From a virus (Duplodnaviria; Caudoviricetes), in IMG/VR virus record IMGVR_UViG_3300042987_003044, positions 1-53,451 of that record: a DNA stretch of 53,451 nt; one strand, written 5' to 3'. A model generated the notes under the pieces. It was given only the letters and a program-made list of their open reading frames with translations, made no database searches and had not been told where the DNA came from. Below are positions 47,448 through 53,323 of the stretch, piece after piece (the stretch's first letter is position 1; each line of letters starts with the position of its first letter). Both the position numbers and the translations under genes were made by a program.

Positions 47448-47455
47448 GATAAGTG

Positions 47456-47638
47456 TCAATTACCCATCGCTTCTTTCAGAGCATAATATGCTGCCATCCA
47501 ATGTTTCGCGTCAGCAACGTTGCCCTTTGTGCTCTCATCACATGCCAGGCAAAGTACAGCGGTGCTAATAGTGCTCCACTTACCATTTGGAAGTGTAACA
47601 GTGGTGAGAGTTTGAAAATTGTTGAGAGTAGCAGTCAT
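47456..47638 (-). CDS. Early hypothetical protein (MTATLNNFQT...)
   Basis: Start reassigned, because the longer ORF overlaps the 47676-47840 gene. Confidence 0.65.
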   Translation of the reverse strand: MTATLNNFQTLTTVTLPNGKWSTISTAVLCLACDESTKGNVADAKHWMAAYYALKEAMGN

Positions 47639-47675
47639 CGGAGTTGTAGTAAAAAAGAGGAGGAAAAAGCGGTTC

Positions 47676-47840
47676 CTAATTAGCGAAAGTCTTAGAGTAT
47701 TGACCAGCGATGATAGCAGCAGGAACGCCCCAGTGAACATAAGCGGAAGGGCGGGAACCATTCTTCAACTGATCTGCGCGGGAGATCCACTTAATCTGGC
47801 GGGTCTGCAGATCGGAGCACATAGCAAGCGGGAAGCGCAT
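47676..47840 (-). CDS. Early hypothetical protein (54 aa, MRFPLAMCSD...)
   Basis: Manual translation; ATG 22 nt after a cassette -10. Confidence 0.75.
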   Translation of the reverse strand: MRFPLAMCSDLQTRQIKWISRADQLKNGSRPSAYVHWGVPAAIIAGQYSKTFAN

Positions 47841-47862
47841 CGGGTTTGTTTGAACTGATAGA

Positions 47863-47921
47863 AGTCTACTGGGTCAGGGGGCAGGAAGCGCCCCCTAGTG
47901 TGCCAGTTCAGCGATTGGCAC
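47863..47921 (-). promoter_or_regulatory. Early promoter cassette 1
   Basis: GTGCCA-N10-TGGCAC-A-30 nt (GC hairpin)-TAGACT. Confidence 0.85.
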
Positions 47922-48072
47922 CCGGCAGGTCGCCGCACTCTGCAGCGGTGCCGCCTTGACGGTGACAGTATTCAGTCGCCTCCGCTTCCTGCCAATCCCA
48001 TACCGTAGCGGCGGCAGATTGTGCAAACTGGCAACCAACCCAGAGAGTCAGAAAAGCAGCAAGGATTTTCAT
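47908..48072 (-). CDS. Early small protein with a signal-peptide/TM-like N-terminus (MKILAAFLTLW...)
   Basis: Start reassigned; hydrophobic N-terminus, two C-terminal Cys. Confidence 0.65.
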   Translation of the reverse strand: MKILAAFLTLWVGCQFAQSAAATVWDWQEAEATEYCHRQGGTAAECGDLPGANR

Positions 48073-48106
48073 GGTGATGATAATGAAGTGTTCGGAGAAG
48101 TAAGAA

Positions 48107-48268
48107 TCAGCGACCGTTGGAATAGGAACCGAGGATGATACCGTTGAGGCGAACCTCAGCGTAACCAAACTCCTCAGAAAGGTCCAGACAGAGATCCCAT
48201 GCGCGACCCTCATCATGGGTCGATTCGCCTTCATAAGGGGCGGAGGGAACGTGAACTTCGTAGCGCAT
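48107..48268 (-). CDS. Early hypothetical protein (53 aa, MRYEVHVPSA...)
   Basis: Manual translation; ATG 22 nt after a cassette -10. Confidence 0.75.
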   Translation of the reverse strand: MRYEVHVPSAPYEGESTHDEGRAWDLCLDLSEEFGYAEVRLNGIILGSYSNGR

Positions 48269-48290
48269 CGGTGTCGTTTGAACTGAGATC

Positions 48291-48349
48291 AGTATAGGGG
48301 GTTGGCGGGGGGCATCGCTGCCCCCATGTGCCAGAGGTCAGACCGTCAC
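48291..48349 (-). promoter_or_regulatory. Early promoter cassette 2
   Basis: GTGACG-N10-TGGCAC-A-30 nt (GC hairpin)-TATACT. Confidence 0.85.
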
Positions 48350-48433
48350 CCTCCAACCACAGCGGGGGCAGGAAGGATGCCCGCCACAGGGGCAGGAAGC
48401 GGCAAGGGTCAGGGGATCATTGGAGCGGATCAT
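48338..48433 (-). CDS. 31-aa Cys-rich micropeptide (CPCGGHPSCPRCG)
   Basis: Manual translation; the only ORF between cassettes 3 and 2. Confidence 0.6.
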   Translation of the reverse strand: MIRSNDPLTLAASCPCGGHPSCPRCGWRVTV

Positions 48434-48457
48434 TGAGCGTTCTTGTGAACTGAGAGT

Positions 48458-48515
48458 ATTGTAGAGGCAAAGGGGAGGGAGAAACCCTCCGCTGTGCCAC
48501 TTAGTTGGTTGGCAC
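48458..48515 (-). promoter_or_regulatory. Early promoter cassette 3
   Basis: GTGCCA-N10-TGGCAC-A-29 nt (hairpin)-TACAAT. Confidence 0.85.
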
Positions 48516-48522
48516 AGTCTGA

Positions 48523-48672
48523 TTAGAAGTCGATAGCATCGGCGCTAGGTTCTGCAGCATAGGAAGCGTCAAATTCAGAATCAACCCCAGAACTAATAGT
48601 TTCAAGAATTTGGAGAATTTCGCTACCGGTAGAACCTTGACGCAGGAGCGAAACAAGAACATCGCGGGACAT
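48523..48672 (-). CDS. Early small protein (49 aa, MSRDVLVSLLRQG...)
   Basis: Start reassigned downstream of a hairpin leader. Confidence 0.7.
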   Translation of the reverse strand: MSRDVLVSLLRQGSTGSEILQILETISSGVDSEFDASYAAEPSADAIDF

Positions 48673-48740
48673 AATGCAGAAAAAAGAATAGGGTTTGCTG
48701 GGTGTCTTTAGGGCGCATCCCATTCCCTTGTGTCAGTTAA

Positions 48741-48935
48741 TCAGGCAGGGCAGAGATTGGATTCCATGTTCACCGTCATGACTTTGCATCGGGAGTAATC
48801 GTAACCCTCATTCTCCTCCAGATAGATGGAATAAGCATTAGCAGTGGAGAAGCAATCAAACAGCTTCAGGGAGTTGAAGTCTTCACGTTCATAATCCCAA
48901 CCACCGATCACAGCGTAGACTTTAACCATTTGCAT
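48741..48935 (-). CDS. Early hypothetical protein (MQMVKVYAVIGGWDYE...)
   Basis: Start reassigned downstream of cassette 4. Confidence 0.75.
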   Translation of the reverse strand: MQMVKVYAVIGGWDYEREDFNSLKLFDCFSTANAYSIYLEENEGYDYSRCKVMTVNMESNLCPA

Positions 48936-48962
48936 TTGAGGCGTTTCGTTTGATCTGTACGT

Positions 48963-49021
48963 AGTATGGCAGCAAACGGGGACCATTACAAGCCCCCTTG
49001 TGCCACCTTTTCAACTGGCAC
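48963..49021 (-). promoter_or_regulatory. Early promoter cassette 4
   Basis: GTGCCA-N10-TGGCAC-8 nt-TTGTAA-17 nt-CATACT. Confidence 0.9.
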
Positions 49022-49907
49022 ACTGAAAGCGGCCGCTGTTGAAATTGTGATAGGAAAAGACCTCACGATTGACCAGTTTGAACATACCAAACTGATTGGA
49101 GAGAACGTAACCCTCAGCATCGATTCTGTCGTGCCCGATGTAAGCGGCAGGACCATCATTGCGGCAGAGGTAGAGGCAATCCTCTTTGATCGACTTCACC
49201 AGTTTCCAGAATCGGATCAGGTTAGCATCACAATCAAATGCATCATCCTCAACATCACGACCCTCACGAATGCAGGCGTTAAGTTGTTGCTTCAGTTTGA
49301 CCGCTTCCTTATCAGTTGCGAAGGTGACAGTTTGTGCCATTTGGCGGGCAAACTTTACCACTTCCTCAACATCAGCGAACGATTCCTGATTGTACAGGAT
49401 CGATGCATTCGGTTTCACGAACTTCACCGTGTCGGTGTCATTCCAGATTGCACGATCAGGGTATGCTTGAGCATCGCGCAGATCACTCTCAGCATAATAG
49501 CAAGTGTGCGGAGCGATGATAATTTTCTGAGAAACTACCTCAGGGAACTGATACGTAATCAGGTTAGAAGTGTATTCGGTAGATCCACCAAACCCGATGA
49601 AATCACCCTGATAGATGGTCTCAAATCGGGGCAGATAATCGAAGCAAGCATGAAGAATGTCTGCAACGTTGCCCTCATAGAAGAGATCAATCTCTTCATG
49701 ATTGTGGGCAATTCGGATTTTCTTCTTGTTAAAGACTGCCTTGGTTCCTACAAAGAACTCACCGTTGGCAGGATCAATTCCCCACACGATTGCGGGTGCT
49801 CCGTCAATCTTAACGGACAGATTGCCAGGTTCAGCGAACCAATCCAGAACGGTAAGATCACCGTTCAGGATGCAGTCTTCGGGGTGTTCCAGGTGAGTGT
49901 TTTTCAT
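49011..49907 (-). CDS. Ligase/nucleotidyltransferase-motif protein (DUF6267-like)
   Basis: NTHLEHPED N-terminus; KIDG (motif I), YQGDF, EGYV (motif IV) and FKLV (motif V). Confidence 0.7.
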   Translation of the reverse strand: MKNTHLEHPEDCILNGDLTVLDWFAEPGNLSVKIDGAPAIVWGIDPANGEFFVGTKAVFNKKKIRIAHNHEEIDLFYEGNVADILHACFDYLPRFETIYQGDFIGFGGSTEYTSNLITYQFPEVVSQKIIIAPHTCYYAESDLRDAQAYPDRAIWNDTDTVKFVKPNASILYNQESFADVEEVVKFARQMAQTVTFATDKEAVKLKQQLNACIREGRDVEDDAFDCDANLIRFWKLVKSIKEDCLYLCRNDGPAAYIGHDRIDAEGYVLSNQFGMFKLVNREVFSYHNFNSGRFQCAS

Positions 49908-49913
49908 GCTTTT

Positions 49914-49971
49914 AGTATGGCACGGATTCGGGGGATCTGGGGGAACCGTGTGTCAGTTCCCCGAATGTCAC
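49914..49971 (-). promoter_or_regulatory. Early promoter cassette 5 (leaderless)
   Basis: GTGACA-N10-TGACAC-A-29 nt-CATACT-6 nt-ATG. Confidence 0.85.
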
Positions 49972-49975
49972 AAGG

Positions 49976-50299
49976 TCAGTTCAGGCGCATACCACTGAAG
50001 AACGGAATTGCACCGCCATTCGGTACAGTCACAAACCAATTGAAGTCCTTTTGAAATACACGCTCACCGTCAATTCCATGAACGGCAAGAATAGCATTCA
50101 GGCGGGATTTGGTCGTCTTGGTCTGATGATTGCCGTCGAACAGTTGAATCCAGCACGAACCAATCTTAGCGATCAGGTTACCATGCAGGAACACTTCTGC
50201 CACTTGAGCAGCACCATCCCAACACACTTGAGTGTTACCAGAGCACCAATTCTTAGCGTTGGTGATAGCATCGTTCATTTGGCGTTCGATGACACGCAT
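49976..50299 (-). CDS. Early hypothetical protein (MRVIERQMNDAI...TTKSRLNAIL)
   Basis: Start reassigned downstream of cassette 6. Confidence 0.8.
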   Translation of the reverse strand: MRVIERQMNDAITNAKNWCSGNTQVCWDGAAQVAEVFLHGNLIAKIGSCWIQLFDGNHQTKTTKSRLNAILAVHGIDGERVFQKDFNWFVTVPNGGAIPFFSGMRLN

Positions 50300-50324
50300 T
50301 TGCGAATTCCTCAGCAACAAACGT

Positions 50325-50383
50325 AGTATGGCAGCAAACGGGGGGCATCGCAACCCCCCTTGTGCCACCTATTCGACTGTCAC
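50325..50383 (-). promoter_or_regulatory. Early promoter cassette 6
   Basis: GTGACA-N10-TGGCAC-8 nt-TTGCGA-17 nt-CATACT. Confidence 0.9.
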
Positions 50384-50584
50384 ACTCTCCACCAGTTCCT
50401 GAATGACATCCTCATCATACACATTGGCGATCTCATTTAGAACATCTTCCTCACCCATGTGATACATGTTCTCACAGATGGTATCATACACGAACTGCTC
50501 CAAACATTTCGTGTCCATGTCATCTACACATCGCTCAGCGTAGAGTTCAACGAGTTGGTTGAGTTGTTGGGTGGTGAGAGTCAT
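50369..50584 (-). CDS. Acidic early hypothetical protein (MTLTTQQLNQL...)
   Basis: Start reassigned to the ATG just after the previous stop. Confidence 0.75.
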   Translation of the reverse strand: MTLTTQQLNQLVELYAERCVDDMDTKCLEQFVYDTICENMYHMGEEDVLNEIANVYDEDVIQELVESVTVE

Positions 50585-50588
50585 AATT

Positions 50589-50849
50589 TCAGAAATTAAG
50601 TGATTTAATGTTGAGAAAAACCATCTGAAGAGGTTCACCGTTCACATGAAAGAACACATAGTTTTTGTGAACTTCAATGTCACCATCTACAGTGGAGAGA
50701 TCAACATAATCCTGCCCATCATTGTCGGAAATGTAAGGATTGTCGTCCGTATCATACCCTACAAAGTATAGAGTATCATTCACAGATACTGCATAAGAAT
50801 CAGAAAGCAGATCGTGAAATTGATTGAGAGTGATAGTAGTGTTGGTCAT
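50589..50849 (-). CDS. Acidic early hypothetical protein
   Basis: Tightly packed operon ORF. Confidence 0.75.
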   Translation of the reverse strand: MTNTTITLNQFHDLLSDSYAVSVNDTLYFVGYDTDDNPYISDNDGQDYVDLSTVDGDIEVHKNYVFFHVNGEPLQMVFLNIKSLNF

Positions 50850-50851
50850 AA

Positions 50852-51040
50852 TCAGTTCAGCTTCTCAAAGTTACGGACAACAATGTCACAGGCAATTCTT
50901 TGGACTTCATCCATTTGCCCCTCATCATCAAATTGTGTTGCTAGAAGACAAATCAAATCCTCTTGGATTTGTTCGCGGACAGAAAGAATGTCAATCTTAT
51001 TCGCCATGTCTTTGATCCATTGCTCTTTGGAGTTAGTCAT
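50852..51040 (-). CDS. Early hypothetical protein
   Basis: Tightly packed operon ORF. Confidence 0.75.
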   Translation of the reverse strand: MTNSKEQWIKDMANKIDILSVREQIQEDLICLLATQFDDEGQMDEVQRIACDIVVRNFEKLN

Positions 51041-51043
51041 GAT

Positions 51044-51313
51044 TCAGTTAGCGTAGAGGGGCAGTTTTTTACGAAGGCGGATTGCGTCGTCAATCATTTC
51101 ACCAACCTGTTCATAAATGTAGGACGAACCGCCTACATCACAGAGAACATCTTGAGTGAAAAGTGTAGAGAAATAATCGTCCTGATTAGTCTCTTCGTTA
51201 AACTCAAACACATCATGTTGAGTGAATACGAACGCAGCACAACCTGCGTCCTCACCTTGACTCTCAATCATTTGGTTGATAGAGTCACGAAGTTGTCCAA
51301 GAGTGCGGTACAT
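51044..51313 (-). CDS. Acidic early hypothetical protein
   Basis: Tightly packed operon ORF (TGATG coupling). Confidence 0.75.
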   Translation of the reverse strand: MYRTLGQLRDSINQMIESQGEDAGCAAFVFTQHDVFEFNEETNQDDYFSTLFTQDVLCDVGGSSYIYEQVGEMIDDAIRLRKKLPLYAN

Positions 51314-51471
51314 CAGTCGTCTCCGAAGTTGTTAGTGAGGAAGTCTTCAAGTTCAACGAGTTTGTTATCACTCAAAGAATGAACATACTCTTTGAGAATG
51401 ACATCTAGAAGTTCAGGACTTTCATAGCATTTGTCATACAAAAACTCAAAGAGTTCTGTTTTGTCAGTCAT
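51313..51471 (-). CDS. Acidic early hypothetical protein (52 aa, MTDKTELFEFL...)
   Basis: Manual translation; start/stop overlaps on both sides. Confidence 0.78.
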   Translation of the reverse strand: MTDKTELFEFLYDKCYESPELLDVILKEYVHSLSDNKLVELEDFLTNNFGDD

Positions 51472-51719
51472 TTGAGAACGTAACGAAAGTCGATGTTGTT
51501 AATGCACCAACCAGAAGAACAGGAAACTTCTTCTAGCAGTTCCTCTGTAACTTCATAATCATCGGCATCATCGGAAACCTCCAACTCAAACACCTGTCCG
51601 ATGTATGCTTTGGGGAGCATTTCTTCAGTTTCCAGTTGATCTTTTTCTGTCCAATCGCTATCATCGAGAGAACAATCGAACGAAATGTCGGTGATCTGAA
51701 CTGTACGAATCGCCATCAC
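51468..51719 (-). CDS. Very acidic early hypothetical protein
   Basis: First gene downstream of cassette 7. Confidence 0.75.
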   Translation of the reverse strand: MMAIRTVQITDISFDCSLDDSDWTEKDQLETEEMLPKAYIGQVFELEVSDDADDYEVTEELLEEVSCSSGWCINNIDFRYVLK

Positions 51720-51925
51720 GAATCTTGCGAACTTTCATAAGATACAACGGATTCATCACCAACGGGAGAATCCTGTGCCACTTTCACAACTGGCACACGA
51801 TAATTGTAAGGAGAATTGAAAAAACGACGGAAAGCAACAACAACGATGAGAAGCGTTGAAGTGACACCAACCAAACCAAGGAAGGTGATAGCATCGCCAG
51901 AGAAAGTGTAGGTATCAGGGTTCAT
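51716..51925 (-). CDS. Small single-pass membrane protein (MNPDTYTFSG...)
   Basis: TM segment ITFLGLVGVTSTLLIVVVAF followed by RR; start uncertain (51925 or 51979). Confidence 0.65.
   Translation of the reverse strand: MNPDTYTFSGDAITFLGLVGVTSTLLIVVVAFRRFFNSPYNYRVPVVKVAQDSPVGDESVVSYESSQDS
51739..51796 (-). promoter_or_regulatory. Early promoter cassette 7 (entirely intragenic)
   Basis: GTGCCA-N10-TGGCAC-A-29 nt (GGATTC..GAATCC hairpin)-TATCTT. Confidence 0.75.
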
Positions 51926-51975
51926 AGTGGCAAGTCGGTGAAAGTGATAACGAAGGGCAACAGATGCGAGAATCA

Positions 51976-52095
51976 TCAATAATCGTAGTCGGCGGCAAGG
52001 TACTCATTCATGTTGAAATCCTCGTCATTCAGTTCAGGAATGTCAAAGATTTCACCAGGAGCATCTTGAATCTCACTCCAGAGTTCGTCAAACAT
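51976..52095 (-). CDS. 39-aa extremely acidic peptide
   Basis: Manual translation MFDELWSEIQDAPGEIFDIPELNDEDFNMNEYLAADYDY; directly follows cassette 8. Confidence 0.75.
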   Translation of the reverse strand: MFDELWSEIQDAPGEIFDIPELNDEDFNMNEYLAADYDY

Positions 52096-52118
52096 GTGTG
52101 TCTCTCAGGTACGAATGT

Positions 52119-52177
52119 AATGTAGAACGGATCGGGGGGAATTTCAACCCCCCTTGTGCCAGTTTTCAGACTGTCAC
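52119..52177 (-). promoter_or_regulatory. Early promoter cassette 8
   Basis: GTGACA-N10-TGGCAC-8 nt-TTGAAA-17 nt-TACATT. Confidence 0.9.
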
Positions 52178-52342
52178 TTCCATCAGTTCAGATTCAATCT
52201 CATGTCCGAACCTACGGATGAACTCAGAATCAGATTGCCTCAGAACATTTGCCAGTTCGATTGCATCTTCACGGGATACTTGCGACACCTGAAAAGTGTA
52301 GTGTCCAAATGCAGGATCTTGTTCAGTGTGAAAGCAGCACAT
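52166..52342 (-). CDS. Early hypothetical protein (58 aa, MCCFHTEQDP...)
   Basis: Manual translation; GAGG SD-like sequence upstream. Confidence 0.7.
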   Translation of the reverse strand: MCCFHTEQDPAFGHYTFQVSQVSREDAIELANVLRQSDSEFIRRFGHEIESELMEVTV

Positions 52343-52368
52343 TGGAGTACCTCAGGAACAAATGTAAA

Positions 52369-52463
52369 TTGAGAGGGCACGGTAATTACTTTTACCTCAA
52401 CCGCATGTCCCCGCTTCTAGTTGTCGGGGTGGTTGGGAACCGCCTTTTGTTCTTCCCTCTCAA
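52369..52463 (-). ncRNA. Candidate structured RNA in an early 5' leader
   Basis: 9-bp closing stem TTGAGAGGG/CCCTCTCAA enclosing CAACC/GGTTG, CCCCG/CGGGG and GGTAA/TTACC helices; begins at the predicted TSS. Confidence 0.5.
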
Positions 52464-52470
52464 CAAATGT

Positions 52471-52529
52471 AGTATGGCAGGGATCTCATGAGAACACAAG
52501 ACCCCTTGTGCCAGTTTTCAGACCGTCCG
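52471..52529 (-). promoter_or_regulatory. Early promoter cassette 9
   Basis: CGGACG-N10-TGGCAC-8 nt-TTGTGT-17 nt-CATACT (degenerate distal half-site). Confidence 0.85.
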
Positions 52530-52829
52530 CAGGAAGTTATAAACGCTGCGGCAATCATCGTAGAAAGACTTCACGTTGGGCACGAACACATTCATCACCC
52601 AGGCATAGAAAGTCTTTGCCAGTTCGATTACACGAAGCACGAACAATTGCAGACGCTCGGTGCAATCATACTGCTGCCACTTATCACGAATGACAGTAGC
52701 AACGGCAGCGATGAATGCACACACAGTTACAACAACGTCCATGAAGTTGTTGTAGTGTTTACGATAGTCAATCTCCTGCAGAGTTTCGATCAGAGCATCA
52801 GCAGGCGGGAAGGATTTGGTCAGTTCCAT
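52518..52829 (-). CDS. Early hypothetical protein with a hydrophobic segment (MELTKSFPPADAL...)
   Basis: Start reassigned downstream of cassette 10; VVVTVCAFIAAVATVI. Confidence 0.75.
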   Translation of the reverse strand: MELTKSFPPADALIETLQEIDYRKHYNNFMDVVVTVCAFIAAVATVIRDKWQQYDCTERLQLFVLRVIELAKTFYAWVMNVFVPNVKSFYDDCRSVYNFLRTV

Positions 52830-52886
52830 GATAGTGAAAAGAGCGAAAGAACGGTGTGGGAGATTGCGTTTCTCAACCACGAATGT

Positions 52887-52945
52887 AGTATGGCACGATA
52901 TCACGGCATCCGCAACCAGGTCTGTGCCACTTGTTCAACTGTCAC
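52887..52945 (-). promoter_or_regulatory. Early promoter cassette 10
   Basis: GTGACA-N10-TGGCAC-8 nt-TTGCGG-17 nt-CATACT. Confidence 0.9.
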
Positions 52946-52949
52946 AAGA

Positions 52950-53015
52950 CTTTTTCAGGTTTTACGCTTTTTCAGTATTTCTGAAAATTCAGAATTCCTG
53001 AAAATTTCAGTCAGG
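52950..53015. repeat. Cluster of TTTTCAG/CTGAAAA short direct and inverted repeats
   Basis: tttttcagg, tttttcagt, ttctgaaaattcagaa, ctgaaaatttcag. Confidence 0.6.
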
Positions 53016-53025
53016 AACAAGGGGC

Positions 53026-53054
53026 TTGACAAGATCTCAAATATTCGCTAGAAT
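53026..53054 (+). promoter_or_regulatory. Divergent sigma70-type promoter with no downstream gene
   Basis: TTGACA-17 nt-TAGAAT. Confidence 0.7.
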
Positions 53055-53323
53055 CGCTTTGCTAAGGATGAAGATGGGATTATAAGCTTTAAGACACAAA
53101 AATATGACTCCTAAGTGACAAGATTTAAACATAAGATCTTGTCAGGAATCGTCCTGTTTTTAAATTATTCTTACTCGTCACATGTATATTATGTCCTATT
53201 TTATTTGCCAGAGATAGGATTGAACTCTCGCTCATCATATTGTTTTTATTTATAACAAAAGCACATTATAATGGTGTGGGAAGGGGTGAGTGGGGTGAAG
53301 CACATATTCTTGCACATAAACAT

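Noticed and set aside
48966-50054. 362-aa plus-strand ORF
   Set aside because: It is the codon-aligned antisense shadow of the 49011-49907 gene. Its ATG is just the complement of the CATACT -10 box, and it has no motifs, promoter or RBS.
52369-52463. tRNA or hammerhead ribozyme
   Set aside because: No TTCRA T-loop or cloverleaf, and no CUGANGA/GAAA core on inspection
47863-52945. TGGCAC read as a sigma54 -24 box
   Set aside because: Spacing to TTGC is 8 nt rather than 5, the motif is half of a palindrome followed by sigma70 -35/-10 boxes, and cyanobacteria lack sigma54
47863-52945. Repeat array read as CRISPR or integron attC sites
   Set aside because: The repeats are degenerate, separated by whole genes at irregular distances and carry promoter elements; there is no cas or integrase gene in the window
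52488-53051. 187-aa plus-strand ORF
   Set aside because: Codon-aligned shadow of the 52518-52829 gene that runs through promoter cassettes
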